Below are positions 13,021 to 26,603 of a stretch of DNA of 64,000 bases, piece by piece. The notes below the pieces were generated by a model. The model searched no databases. It was not told where the DNA came from and saw nothing but the letters and a program-made list of their open reading frames with translations. The first letter of the stretch is position 1. Each line of letters opens with the position of its first letter. The position numbers and the translations under genes are program-made. The stretch lies in the NCBI GenBank assembly GCA_013265495.1, contig MU057865.1, forward strand, positions 62,001 to 126,000, read 5' to 3'. This stretch comes from Vicugna vicugna (Eukaryota).

Positions 13021-13633
13021 TGTATTAGTTTTCCATTGCTGCTGTAACAAATGGCCACAATTTGGCAACATCATACAACACCCATTTATTGTTCCACTAT
13101 TCTATAAGTCAGATTCAGCTGTTTTTCTGCTCTGGATTTCACAAGACTGAAATCAAGGTGTCTGTAGGGCTGTATTCCTTTCTGGAAGCTCTGTGGATAA
13201 ATCCTCTTCCAAGCTCATTCAAGTTGCAGGCAGAAATCCATGCAATTGTAGGACTGAAGTCCTGTTTCCTTGTGTGCAGTCAAGTGGCATTGTTCTCAAT
13301 TTCTCGAGGCAGCCCACATCCCTTGATTTGTGGACGTCTTCCTTAATCTTCAAAGTCAGCAATGGTGAGTTGAGTCTCTCTCATGCTTCCAATCTAACTT
13401 CCCCTTTTGACAAATCTCTATGACTTCCACTACATGCCCTCTGTTGGGAGGATCCTATGATTTCATTGAGCCCAACTGCAAAACCCAGGATAATCTCTCA
13501 TTCTTGAAGTCAGCTGATTCATAACGTAATTCCATCAGCAAAGTTCCTTCATAGCAGCACCTAGGCTAAGGTTTAATTTAATAACCAGAGGATGGGAATA
13601 TTGGATTATCTCTTTGAAATTGTGCCTAACACA
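13021..13633 (-). mobile_element. ERVL-MaLR LTR (MLT1 family)
   Basis: Starts tgtattagttttccattgctgctgtaacaa; contains gactgaaatcaaggtgtc and cattgagcccaac...caggataatctc. Confidence 0.75.
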
Positions 13634-14129
13634 ATTAAGGGAGTTGGGATTTGGGGTCATCTGGTTTTGGGCAGACCTGCTGGGATGGTAGGAAGACTTT
13701 AGGCAGGGCATCTAAGCATGTGACAAAAGGAGAATGTGGAGGACAGAGAGAGAAAGTCAGGTCAGAAGGACCCCAAGACTTCAGCCTGCTGCATGTGTTT
13801 ATAGAAGGATAATAGAAAATTATTATACTGCTATAAATATTTATAGCACTATAATAAATAATTTTCCTAACAATAAGATTTTCTTCTAGACCTCTTCAGT
13901 TTTATCCTCTTTGCCTATGTCCTTAGAAATTTTAGTGATTTAAAAGAAAAAGAAAAAACTGTCAGAGTCCACTGTATCCATTCCCCACTGTCCCTGTCTT
14001 TGACGGAATCCCATTGCCAATTTTAAATCTGAGAACTCATATTTAGAAGCAGCTATCAAGTCAGCTCACAAAGCTCTCCGCCATCCGCACAGTGACTGGT
14101 AGTGGAGTCACACGTGGCATATGGCAGCC

Positions 14130-14520
14130 CTGCCAGATGGCCTTCCAGCCTGTGTCTGAACACTTCATTGAAGAGGAACTTCCCACTTCATCAAGCACCA
14201 GTCCCACTGCTGGACAGCTCCAACTGGTAGACTATTTTTCAGTAATTTCCAATCTTTAGTTTTCAAATGACCCCACGTATGTGACCAACCCTCACTACCA
14301 TAATAGTCTTTCAAAGGTTGGATCATGGCCATCCAGTGTCTCTTATATTTTCTAGGCTAAACAGATAAAATTTCATCCTTTTCTCAGGTGAAACTTTTTT
14401 CCCTAAGTTCTTCTCCACAAATGTCTGCTAAACTGTGCTCTTCTTTCTCACAGGACCTAAAATTTAAAACAAAACAAGCCAAAAAAACCCTTCAGGTATG
14501 ATCTACAGAAAATGTTTTCC
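14130..14520. mobile_element. CR1/L3 LINE fragment
   Basis: ccagcctgtgtctgaacacttc...ctggacagctccaactggtaga resembles the L3 consensus; heavily decayed. Confidence 0.45.
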
Positions 14521-16020
14521 CTGGTCATAAATCATCATCCACTCCACTGATGTTCCTTTATCTCTGAAAAACTGTTAATCTTTTACTTAATCTTTACTTT
14601 TTGGAAGTAACATAACTGCATGGCTCGCTTGCATATTAGTCACCCATTATCCGAAGGGATTGTCAATACACATGCTAATTAAAAAATGAAGACAAGTAAT
14701 GAAGACACTTCAAATGGATTTCCCTCTTCCCCCTTAAATTCATTATTCCTAGAATTGTACTTTCCAACTGATAATATGAATTCTAGAATCTCTATTTGCC
14801 TAAAAAAAGAGGGGGGACGCAATGGAAATAATCGTGCCACTCACTGGTAAGTTGTCTTCTTCAAAGTATTTTGAATCATTGGCTAATTATTAATTTTACT
14901 CGAGTATTTGTGCTTAAAGGAAATAATAATTAAAAGCTGTACATTTTAAACATCAGAAGCTTCACAGAAAACTGCATCTTTATTATTCTTTCTGCTGACA
15001 TTTTATTTATGGGTTTTTATTAGAATTATTTCTTTCTTTGGTCTTTAGGTGAATGAAATATGTACCCTTCTCTGTATAGTCATTCTAGGAAGACTGTAAA
15101 TTATTTTGTCATTGCAAGAAAAAAGTACTAGGAGAAGACAGGCATGTCTTCTTCATCCCCGTGCCCATCCTACTCGCCCCAAAGCTGTGCTTCCTTCTGC
15201 TTCCAACAGAAACAACCTTCCTTGTTCTGTTTTCCGCACAATGTCTAATCTCTCCTTCATCCTCGGAATAGTTCTAGCCCAACTTCCTAAAAAACACCTT
15301 CCATACTACCAGGCCATGGTACTTCCTTTGTGAAGATGTCTCAGGGAACAATTCTGGAATGCCATTTTTAGAGGTGACCATGACACATGGGGCCAAGGCA
15401 CCTCTGAAATTTCAGTGGATGAATTTTACCAGCTGTTGATGGGAAAATGTTTGATCCATCTTGTTTTTGAGGTAAAGGGGCACAGTTTTAGAAGGAGAGA
15501 AATCTGTGTTCTAGTCCTATCTCCATTTTGAGCCTGACTGCCTTACAGAAATAATATTAACACATGATATAATTGGGAACATTAAAAAAAGTAATGTGTA
15601 TAAAAATCTTGACACACTTCCTGGAACTTAAATCTCAGCAAGTAAATTATTTATTCTTCATTCTTATTAATGATATTATTATTCATTGTAAAAAGAAATA
15701 CTAGATTTATGAAATCTGGGATTCAGCTTGATGCTTTCTTGCATGGCTGTTTCTCTGCATGTATAACTAAGAATCTAGACCATCTCAGGGGTTTGGGGAA
15801 GACGTTTCATGCTTGGTGCTAGGAGGGCTGTCAATTTTGAAAAAGAAGGCTTGGATATGGGGGAGCAGTTGAAAGAGCGGGTGGTGACCCAGTCAGGCGG
15901 TCTCCACGCGCCTTTCGGAGCTCAGAGGACGGTGGCTTAGGCAGTGTGGGCGGCAGGGCAGGGGTTGCCCCACTTCTGGAAAGAGTGCAGGTCCCTGGCA
16001 TTGGAATACATTGACTTGGC

Positions 16021-16356
16021 TGTGTTAAATTAACAACCAAAGAGGCCATTAGACTCAGATGGCATTAATGCGATGGCAGCCAACATAAGCAGACCAAAAC
16101 CTAAGCCTGTAAGTGCCTCAGAGTTTCGAAATCAAAACGCTAAGGACAGCCAATCGCAAACAGCCAGCTGGCTTGCAGCTACAGCCAGTTGCTAATTCCC
16201 TGACTTTGCTCCTGTCTGTCTTCTAGGGAGGTCTCTCCCTGAGTTCCCATTGGTGACCTGTTCTTCACCACTTCTGGTTAGGGGCTGCTCGGTTCGGACT
16301 GAGTTCTGTGCAAACTCTTAACAATTCTTAAATAAGCCTCATGCTCGTCTAACACA
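16021..16356 (+). mobile_element. Old ERV1-class LTR (MER34/MER39-like)
   Basis: 7-bp inverted termini TGTGTTA...TAACACA; internal CCAAT (cagccaatc); typical caaactctt U5 end. Confidence 0.6.
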
Positions 16357-19300
16357 CATGGATGCGAAAGTCTTTAGATAGGACATAAATATCAACGGAA
16401 GTCGGATAATTATTGTTTGTCCTTCACCCTTTCTCCTATGGTCCCCTTTTTCCTCCTCCTCTTCCATCACAGAAATGACCGATCTCCAAGGGAACAAATA
16501 TCAAATGTTACCTTTTCCTCTGACCACCGTTTAGAAGTATTAAAGTGTTCAAATTTCCAGGTAAAAGAAACAGTTAAAAAGAAAAAGGACAGCTCTAATG
16601 TCTTCATATTTATAGGTAAATTTTGAGATAAGACTCTATTTCTTCATTGATATTATTACTCAGTTTTATTGCTGTCACACTGTGGATACACCAGTTTTAA
16701 CATAATTTTTTAACGGGAGTAACAAATAAGCTTGTGAGGCGGTTTGACTTTTCTGCATTTCATTAAACATATTCTCTGGTTATCTTTTCACCTAAAGGAT
16801 AGTTGTTATGCTAATGCTGAAAATATTAAACATTAATAAAGTATTGCCAGAGAAAAATGCTTTCATTGTTTTTTCATCCCGAATTTATTCTTAATAAAAT
16901 TTCTCCGGAAACATCTCTCTCTCTTCAAATGCCTGAGGCAATGAGGTCTGAGCTAACAGCACCCTGGGTGCTGCATAATTTCCAGCTGGTCTTGCCTCTG
17001 CTGTGTGATCGGGAGTGGAGAGTCTCATTACAAGTTACCTGGGAATACTGCCCCACGGAGACAGATTACACAGCGCATCTTCCACTCTGCACAATGCAGT
17101 GGGAGGTTCCCATGACTCTAAATCGAGCACATTACAGATTCCACTTGAGCTGTTTCCCATCATTTTCACTTACAACGCACTATGTCCTGTGGTTTTATTT
17201 TGTAATGTCTTCAAGAGCAAAATTCAGCATTCTAAGTGCTTCACCAGGTTAAACAATATTGTTAGGAAACTAAACAGAAGCAGTGGGAATGAAAATCTGA
17301 GCCCTAAAAAGAAAGGGGAAATGGGATAATTCCAGACCAGACTTGAAAAGATACAAATGCTTTGAGACCGGAAGTGTCTTTTCAGACTCCTGTAAACTGT
17401 GAAGAGCCACTGTGGAGTTTTCTGCCTCTCTTCCTTTACTTTTGCATCCTCATATGTCTCACAGCCACCTAAGGTCACCCAATTTTCTTTTGTTGAACAA
17501 CAACAAAAAATCTTGGGCATAAATGAATGGATAAACCTATTCTCTCTTAAGTCAAACAGCTTCCTAACATACCCCTCACAGGCTGCTCAATTTTACAAAA
17601 GATCTAGGAGAAGACAGCTGATTTAAGCCAGGAAAGGAATCATTAAAGCCAGAATTCCTGATAGTAGCTTGGAGAGTTTTCTAGGACTTTCAAGTCACAT
17701 CAAAGAGGCAACTCCATTTTTTTTCCTGGAATCACACAACCCTCATTCGTCTTTTACACAATATCAGTGCTGAGAGTTTATTTTCCAAAGTCAGATAGTT
17801 TGAACCAAACCTCCCAAATTACTTGATCTCTGATACCACATTTCTTTCTTATTTATAGTTTTAAAACATCTTCGTACAGTTTCCTGCCTTGGTTCATCCA
17901 AGAGAAAAATGGGACTGGGTTTTCCTGGCTCAAGGAGCCACCCAGAGAATGGTTTTCCTGACTAGCTTTGTCTGTTGCAGCTGGAGATAAAGACAGGACT
18001 GCAGATTGCCCATGATCTACATTGACCTCTAGGGCATAGCCATAAAGCACGTGCCTCCTTTTTAATAAAGCCCTAAAATAAACTTTAACACATTTACTCT
18101 TTTTCTCCTTCAAGGTGGTTTCAGGGAGAAGGGTTCCGTGAGGCAAGTCAATTTCATCGTGTGATTTTACTTTAATTTAAAAGGAGCCACATATCCTCCC
18201 TCAGGCATAGGAGAAATTATCCAATAAAATGTTTAATGTTGAAAGAAAGCCGGTGATGCCATCACTAACTCCGAAGACACTGCTGTGCCAACTGAAAACT
18301 TTCTGGAAACCCTTTCCGGAATCTCTCAGCAGGAGGCAAAGGCGGGTAACTGATCTGAGACTTTCTACCACAGTCCCCTACTGTACTGACTGATTCATTT
18401 CCTAAATGCCTTAACCCAAAAAGAAAAATGTCTGAGTGAGCAATACTAATTTTCCTAAAAAAGCAAAAAACAAAAACAAACCTCCTTTGTTAATAATCAC
18501 CCAATCAGAAAAAATTATAAGCATTGGTAAAAAGAGAAATATCCTGTTTAACACAGTAGAAGGGATGCTGCTGAGAAAGGCAAAAGGCGAGATGAGAGCC
18601 TGGTCATCGCCAGTGAGCAGAGGTAATCAGATCAAGCGGTAGTAAGACAGGCAGCTCTCAGACAGAAATCCTCCTTGCTCCAGCCAAGCAGAGCTTGGCG
18701 ATTCAAAACAGCAGCGTTAGTCTCCTCCAGCAATGCAGATGGAGATTCTTTTTGTAGTCAGGCTTGGGGAGAAATCGGAAAGAGAAACATGAGACCAGAA
18801 ACTGCCAAAAGACCTCCGTATTCTAGACCGGGAAAGGTGCAGGTTAAGGAATGATCGTGAAGACATTGGCAAAGTGATGACTTAACTCTTGGGATTTCAT
18901 AGTCCAACATATAACTCCGTGCTTACCAGAGCAGTTATTCTTTTAGAGCTAAGATGTTCTCAGAAGAAAGGGTTTCCTCTTCCAAGATTCCTGTAATGCC
19001 CAATGCCTTCTGAAACATTTCATAAATGTCTTTTAAAAGGCACTCCTAAACTCATTCCGTTAAAATGTACACTCCTGGTTGGTTTTTAAACTCTCTTCCC
19101 TTCAGTCAATCTGAAGGGCTCATTTCAGGTCATTGCGACGGGCTCATCCAAGGGACCTGAAGATGCAGGAGCAATTTAAGACGTAGTCTCCCCTCTGAGA
19201 GGCTTACAATTTAGTTGGAAATCAAAGATTAGCAAATTCACAACAAAGGTCAAGACACTGCTCTCCACAGGATACCCGAAGAGATTTCTGTCACCCTTCC

Positions 19301-19815
19301 CGGTACCCTCAGCCTTTCTCAGCCCTGCCCAAGGGGACCTCGTTTTTCTCATCTTTTGAGTTCATATCTTTCAAAATGAAGCCAAGTTTAACAATGCATA
19401 CGTCTTAAGAAAAATTATTCAAAACTTGGAAATAAGGAAAAAGAAAGACTGCCATCTTCACATGATCATACTATAGCACTAATAAATCTTTCTAAAGATT
19501 ACTTAATTCTGTAAGATAATGTGCCTGTTTTGATGTCGATTTTATTTGATTACATTCCAGGCACTGTTAAGTTATACGTTAACTTGTAGACAGACTTCTG
19601 GTAGACGTGCAAGTGATTTCTGTCTGGTAGATAATATAAACCTAAAATCAGAGTTGTGCTGCCCTGAAATGTCTCCAAATTAGTGAACTTACTCCAACAT
19701 GCCTTTGCCTACTAAATACATGAATATGTGTTCCACAAATGCCCATCAAACCAGCTTTACTAACCTAACAGTTTCCTCATAGTTGAGCTAAATAAATATT
19801 TGACATATGTTCAAT

Positions 19816-19916
19816 ACAGATTATGCAGTACTGTAGTATTTACCATTTAAAAATCCACATAAAAAAATCCACATATAAATAAGTGAACCCTCACTGTTCA
19901 AACTCATGTTGTTCAA
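19816..19916. mobile_element. Tigger2/MER8-like terminal fragment
   Basis: aaaaatccacatataaataagtgaaccctcactgttcaaactcatgttgttcaa matches a Tigger2-type end. Confidence 0.55.
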
Positions 19917-20694
19917 TTCTTGTTATATATTCTTTTCCTTTGTACCAGAAAATACATTAATAATTTCAGAATAATGTGCCTTTGAATACTTGGGTTTCTC
20001 TTGAATTTCTGTTTTGTTTCACGCTTTATACACTTTATGCATTGTGACTATACATTAGAAAGATCTGTTTCACGAATCAGTATGGTATGAAGACTCAGTG
20101 CTCAAAGTGAAAGCATTCTGAAGACAGGGACAGTTTTGCTGTATTCCAAACTTTATTTTAATGTGTCAATTCATTTAAAAGATATAAGGAAGTATCCACT
20201 GACATTAATCACCAAGTAGCTGAGTTCAGTAAAAATCTTCATGCAATCTACCAGAATACACAAGTAACCAATCTGATGATTCATGCCCCTGTGAATAATT
20301 TTACAAAAAAGAAAAAAGAAAGAAAGAATGTTTGGCATTAAGTAGAGAAAGACCACAAAGACATTCCTCCAAAGTAATGGATCACCCCTAATTTGAGCAA
20401 CAGCAAATGAGAGGATATTAAATTTTTAGTCCTTTGAATCAAGCACCTTTGTTGATATAAAACATTGGCAAATGCCAAAAAGGCATGGAGCGAAACTGCC
20501 ATGCAACCCTCTGCCCTGGAAAATTTCAAAGATTTCAGATCTTACAAAGCTTACTTTGGTTTCAATTGTTAATATGCAGGCTATTTATCATTGTAAATGA
20601 TATTTGAGCCCTCACCCAGTAACTGAATTCTACACTTCCTCTCATCCACAGACTAGAAGGAGTAGGTGGATGCAACATCTGTTCTCATTCACTG

Positions 20695-21214
20695 TGTTAC
20701 TGAACTCAGGTCCGACTGCTTGCTGCTCAAAAATCAACCCTCGAGAAAGGTGACTTTGATAGAAAGGAAAGAACGCCAGCCATCTGGGGAAATGGTGGAC
20801 TCAGTGTCCCCAAAAACCATCTCTGAAGATTCTGCTCAGCCATGGAAATTTTTAAGGGATAACAGGAAACAATCTCTGTTGATCGTTGAGTCAGGGGGTC
20901 AGAGTCGTCACCATCCCCCACGCAGGTAGCCTTGTCATGCAGGCTTGTCAATTCCTTGTGAATTTTCCTTACATGCTACCTTGTTCACATGGTTTGTCCA
21001 CGAGATTATGAAGGGAAGAGATCTGGCCATTTGTTGATTACTTACTCTCCATCTCTACTTCTTTGAGCTGCGGAGAAAACCAACAAGTTAGGCAAGGTAA
21101 TATGGGATCAAAAGACTTGACAAGCATGGGGGAGGTCTGATTTAAAAGTTAGTTACAGTGTAGCTGTGCTAAAGTAGCAGGGGGTTTCCTGCTGAGGGGA
21201 GTTTCCTGATTACA
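20695..21214 (-). mobile_element. ERV1-class 3' LTR
   Basis: TGTTAC...TTACA termini; adjoins internal env-like sequence on its right. Confidence 0.7.
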
Positions 21215-21490
21215 AATCCCTACACGCCCCACCCCTACCCCATCTGATATTATTCCATGTCTATGGGATGATGGGTGGAGGTCTGCCTTCTGCAGCTGCT
21301 TCATGCTGAGAAAGGGTGTTGATGTTTTAGGATGAAAGCTATCGACATGGGGTTGACCCTGACGCATCTCTCTGCTGACAGTTTTAGTTGCCCGCTTCCA
21401 CGTATGGGCGGAACAAGCTACAATTATTTTGATGCCCACAAAGATATAGATTATTATGAGCAGTGGTGTTAATCCCATTCTCTTATGGCC
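21215..21490 (-). pseudogene. ERV1 env transmembrane/cytoplasmic-tail remnant
   Basis: Minus ORF contains hydrophobic LTPLLIIIYIFVGIKIIVAC then basic WKRATK; followed by cagcatgaagcagctgcagaag, typical of the ERV1 env-to-LTR region. Confidence 0.5.
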
Positions 21491-21494
21491 AGCT

Positions 21495-21780
21495 CTTGGA
21501 ATTGTGCTGACCACAAATTCAGTGCTGCTCAAGATGCAGCAGCTTATCTCATGGCTGCAGTCTGGTCATCGCACAGCTAGTTTTTTCCTTCTGGAAGTTA
21601 CAGAGTCTGTAAAACAACTCAGAAACATGCTTCAGACGGTGAGTCTGTGACTCCATCGTCCTAATGATCAGCCGCTTGATCCTGCTCTTTTGTGACTCAG
21701 AGATGCCTGGGAGATTTCAGCCTTTCTATAAATGAGGCCAAGGTTGGGGAGTGGGGGGGTGCAGGGTCCCACTTGTTTCC
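21495..21780 (-). mobile_element. Second ERV1-like LTR fragment
   Basis: gcagtctggtcatcgcacagctag...gtctgtaaaacaactcag resembles ERV1 LTR U3; boundaries uncertain. Confidence 0.35.
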
Positions 21781-22971
21781 GGCTTTCTCTCTCTTCCTCC
21801 CACTTGGGTGCTCTCTCTTCTTTCTTCCTTCTTTTTTCTTTCAATCCTATTAACTTATTTTTCATTAATCCTTTTCTTCTGCTTGGGCATGCCAGGCAAC
21901 CAGGAAGATAAGGAGTCTAGAAACCTCATTTTTTTCATGTGAGGTTAAAATTAGTGGACGTGGACTTTGAAAAGATGAGACTCAGGGAATATGTCTAAAC
22001 ACTAAAATAGGAAATGTACTTAAGGATGTGCCAGCAACTGCATGAGCTTCTGCTGGTAAAATTAAGCCTTTGTTTGTAACTACAGTGCATAGTTGGATGA
22101 AGGGGGAACATGCTGTAATTTTGTTGACAAGTTACTGAACGTGTTTAACTGACAAGAAAGCAACTGTTATTTTCATGAAAGAAATAGAATTAGTTATTTC
22201 TTTTTTCTTACCAGCAGCTTGCTATCTTCAATTTGGGAGGGGAAATAACTATGTTGTGATCTCAAAATGGAATCTTTATCCTGGTAAATAATGAACCAAA
22301 AGAAATACTAATCTGCTGTAGTTAGGGAATATTGAGATGCTGGCAATCACAATAAAGCAGAAAGAGTTAAAGAGAGCCTATGTAATCAGATACAGCAAAA
22401 TCTCAGCAAACAAGCACTTAATGTCTGCAACTTTACCACGTACATTTAGCAAACAAAAAAAAAGTGTGCTTGACTCCAACACAGCGCCTTCTGACAGCTC
22501 CTCTGAAATAAACAGCCCCAGTTCACATGGCTGACCTAGGTTTGCTGTTGTCACGTTTTTCACCCCATCAAGTCATTTGATAGGTTGCGATCACCACACA
22601 ATGTTCCACAAAAGAATAAGAAATGCATTGATTCATTTGGGGTCTAGATGGTGTAAGTTTAGGGAAAGGCCACTGAAGGAAAAAATCAGAGTTCTTATCC
22701 CAGTTTTGTTTTGGGCTTATACCTGGAATAAAGTCATCTGCCTTTCTGGGTCTTGGATTTCTCTTCCGATTAATATAAATTTCTCTCCTCTGCTCGTCTC
22801 TCATGGCTGTTGTGTTAATCAAGATCACAACAATTAAGGCACTAGAAAAGAATATAAATACTATATTCGTCTAATGGTTTAACATACTAATTTTACAGAG
22901 AAGAGTAAATAGCATTTTTTCAGGTTGTTAGACACTATACCTCAATCAGTAGTACCAATTTAAAAAATAAT

Positions 22972-23159
22972 GACCTTTTACTATATAGCTCAGGGAACTA
23001 TATTCAATACCTTGTAATAGCCTATAATAAAAATTATAAAAAGGATTATGTATATATGTGTATACATATACACACACACACACAGCTGAATCACTTTGCT
23101 GTACACCAGGAAATAACACAACATTGTGAATCAACTATACTTCAAAAAAAAAAAAAAAC
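22972..23159 (+). mobile_element. LINE-1 3' end fragment with poly(A)
   Basis: cagggaactatattcaata...ctgaatcactttgctgtacacca...tcaactatacttca followed by a poly(A) run. Confidence 0.85.
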
Positions 23160-23189
23160 AACGTTTGATTTTTTTTACTCTTAATTCTT

Positions 23190-23790
23190 TCTTTTTTTCA
23201 TATACATTTAGAATCTGTTCAATTCTACCCCAAAACCTGCCAACATTTTGTTTGGGATTACATTTAATCCACTGGATAAATCTGGCAATTGCTCTCCTTA
23301 CCATACTGAGTCCTCCAACACTAGAAAATGATACTGTGGTATCATCTTCTATTAATTTTCCTGAATAATAATTTATCATTTCCAGCATGGAGACAGTGCA
23401 GATCTGTTATTCAGTTAATTCCTAATGGATGCTTTATGGAGCTGTGACAAATGATATCCTTTTAAAAGATTTCATCTTCCATCTATTTTTGCCAGTAGAT
23501 AGAAATCAATCCACTTTACATGTATTTACTTTATGTGCATATATGCAGAGATCTTGCTAAATTCACTGAAGTCTAATAGTTTGAAGATTCATTTGGATTT
23601 CCCACATACAGAATTATGTCTCCTGTGAAAAGTGCTGGTTTTCTTTCCTTCTCTCCAATCCGCATGCCTTTTAGGTTCTTTTATTGCCTTTTTTACACTG
23701 CCTGAGACTCTAGTAAAATATTGCATAAAAGTGATTGCCAATATCAGAGAAAAGCTTTCAATAGTTTAGCGTGAAGTATAAGTGTTGCTT
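23190..23790 (-). mobile_element. Ancient L1 (L1M) ORF2 fragment
   Basis: Decayed antisense ORF2-like sequence (tttgggattacatttaatc, atcttgctaaattcact). Confidence 0.5.
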
Positions 23791-23814
23791 GGCCAGAGCT
23801 GAACAGATGAGTAT

Positions 23815-24090
23815 CTTAACGATACAGTGACTCCATTCCCAGGTACATACATTCACTGTAAACTATTTATAAGAATTATCACAGCAGCATTACTTATATT
23901 AGCCTCAAACTAGAAAACCACTTTATGCCAACCAACAATAAAATGGATAGAGGTACCCAAAACTACTATATAGCAATGAGAATGGCCACAGTGCCATCAG
24001 ATACATCAAGTTCAATCATATAAGACTGAGCCAAAGAAGGCAGGTAACATAAGAGTACACTCTGCTTGCCTCCATCTTTATGAAAAATCG
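23815..24090 (+). mobile_element. Ancient L1ME-like 3' fragment
   Basis: ctccattcccaggtacatac...acagcagcattacttatattagcctcaaactagaaa. Confidence 0.45.
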
Positions 24091-25224
24091 ACACATCTCT
24101 CTCCTTTTCTCTCCTTCATCATTGGTCCAGCCCTCCTGCGTCCTCCCTCTGAGACTGAACGTGATGCTCAGAGAAGAAACAAGTAAGTGTGTTCAGGCTT
24201 GTAGGAAGTCAAACCAGGGAGCTCCGAGTAGAGGGGCTGGTGCTGATAAGGAGGAAGTGAAAACAAATGTTTGAAAACTGCTGAAGAGAGACCAGAGCAT
24301 ACAATGAGCAGACTGGCTTCAGCCAGAAGCGGGGTCATGCAAGGGAAGAATGCTTTAAGGGGGTTAGGGAATATGACCTCCACTTGGGAGATACTGTTAT
24401 TACATTGCTATATTCAATAGTATGAGATAACGTTTCTTTCATTGCATTTCTAACATACCTGGGATGATTCGAGAGATGGGGTTGGGGGCTATAAGTTATT
24501 TATTCCTTAGTGGATGCGATTTAATTAAATTGCTCTCCTCCTAACACATATTTGAGCTCAGCCCCAGGAGTGTAATAGCTGTAACTAGAAACGTAAGGAA
24601 GTAATTTTAAAAGGTGGGCATTCCTGGAAAGGGCAGGCTTGCCCGGGGGAAATGCAGCGTGAGGTTTTGACAATATGAGAACTTTAATCCACTGGGAGGT
24701 GGGACTCAGAGATTAGGCAGAAGGCAGGGGGACGATGTCACAGAAGTGGGAACGGGGGACCAGAAGGAGGAGGCAGGCAGCCAAAGGCATGCCCAGGTAA
24801 GGTCCCCAATTTTCCAAGTTTCAAATCTGAGGATTTGTGTTGGGTTGGAGGTTTCTGGAACTTGATGAAAATTTAAGGCCTCCTGCTTCTTTATTTTCCT
24901 CCTGGATAAGGTCTGTCAGGCGCTTTATCCTCCCACAAAATAAACAGGAAGGTTTATGAGAGGGAGGCAGAGCGATATACGGCCAGTGAAGGCAGAGCTG
25001 CCAGACGCCCACGTTCACAAGTCACTCACAGCAGCTGCCGGCTGGGAAGGGACGTTTTAAAATTGTGATTTGGCTTTCTTGGCCTCGAGAGATTTTATTA
25101 ATCCCTGTAGCAATGAGCAATGGTTTCCATTTAAGGGCCATTCTTTTTTACTGGAAGAAGTGTATGGCTGAATCATGGTCACAGGGTCAGGGGTCTCAGC
25201 CAGCTGAACTCACCTCAGTCACTT

Positions 25225-26100
25225 CGTGGGCTGATTAATACATGATCATTCTAAAAGGCAACTTCCATCGTATTTCCTCCCTGCTTAAGCTTTCACTGGC
25301 TTCCAGCTGCCTGCGAAGAGCGGTGCTCCGCAGCGTGCGTGCTGGGGCTCAGGCCTCACGGCAGAGCATCCCTTGAACCACCTGAGCAAAGGTCACTTCC
25401 GCCCCCCACCTCCACCCCTCACAGTGAATCTCTCTGGAGGAATTAAGCACCCTGCAGCCTCCAAGCCTTGGAACATGCCTTTAACTCCGCCTAGAATGAG
25501 TTTCTCCCCTACATCCTTCAATTCCCAGTTCAAATGTCGCGTCCTGTGTGCAGTGGGACATGGGTTCTAAGACCGTCTGAGCTCGAATTCTGGCTCCCGT
25601 TCGATGCCTGGGGAACTTCCTTAGTCTCTTATTGCCTCCATTTCATCATCTACAAGTGGGAGATAAGAATAACCATACTTCCCTCATGGGACCGTTGTGG
25701 GGATTAAACAATTTAACCCACAAAGGGCATTTAGAAGAGTGTGTGGAGTTTGACGCACTTGGAATAAATGGTAGCCGTGACTCTGGGATGCCTCTGCTGA
25801 GCAGCCCCTTCGGGGGAGCTGACAATCAGCTCTCCTCTGCCACCACATTATCACATCCGTCACACCACATGGAGTTTTTGTCATCATACCCTGTTTCAAT
25901 CCAAGAAGGACTTGATTTGAGGTGATTCAGTGGCTTGATTTTTTTAATTTTCTAAAAATTATTTTGAAGTGAGTTTATCTTCCAGTGGGTTGTGAACTCC
26001 TGGAGAACAAAGTCTTTTATCTTCTGTTTCATTGTGTCCCTAGTCCCTGCCTAGACCAGAGCTTAAGGCACATTAGATGCTCAATAAATGTTTAAGTTGT
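25225..26100 (+). mobile_element. L2 3' region interrupted by a MIR
   Basis: L2 terminal motif tgtgaactcctggag...tagatgctcaataaatgttt at ~25990-26095; L2-like sequence upstream of the MIR. Confidence 0.55.
25548..25775 (+). mobile_element. MIR SINE
   Basis: MIR core cctccatttcatcatctacaagtgggagataa...gttgtggggattaaa...ataaatggtagc. Confidence 0.7.
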
Positions 26101-26402
26101 GATGTAATTATTCAAGAAGATTATGTGGAATAAAAAGTTCGCTGACTTGGCATCACGATCTGGGGCTTTCACTCACAATCTTGCCTCTAATTTGTTCTTT
26201 GACTTTAAGAAATTCACACAACTTTCCAAGGCTTCATTTTCTTCATCTCTAAATCAGAAACCTTTGGAAGTCAGGATGATAGATCAAAGCCATTTTGGGA
26301 AACATCTTAATGTTTGATCTAGAAATTGAACATTTCTTCTGTAGTGAAAAATCCAATGTTGAACCAATATATTGTATTAACATTTAAAAATAAAATTTAT
26401 TA

Positions 26403-26489
26403 GGTGGTGTGGGTAGCTCAGTGGTAGAGCACATGCTTAGCATATATGAGGTCCTGGCTTCAGTGCTCGGTACCTCCACTTAAAAAAAG
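26403..26489 (+). mobile_element. Camelid tRNA-derived SINE (vic-1-like), short form
   Basis: gtagctcagtggtagagcacatgcttagcat...gaggtcctgg with pol III A/B boxes. Confidence 0.8.
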
Positions 26490-26562
26490 AGAGAGAGAGA
26501 AGGAGAGACAGAAAGAAAGAAGGAGAGAAAGAAAGGAAGAAAGGAAGAAAGAAAGGAAGAAA

Positions 26563-26603
<41 letters not shown>

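Noticed and set aside
14822..14846. Possible plus-strand first coding exon ATGGAAATAATCGTGCCACTCACTG|gtaagt (MEIIVPLT)
   Set aside because: The next good acceptor (~15048) gives an immediate stop in the required phase; no recognisable protein.
16857..17329. 131-aa and 104-aa overlapping ORFs
   Set aside because: No homology I recognise and no supporting plus-strand splice structure; lengths are within chance expectation.
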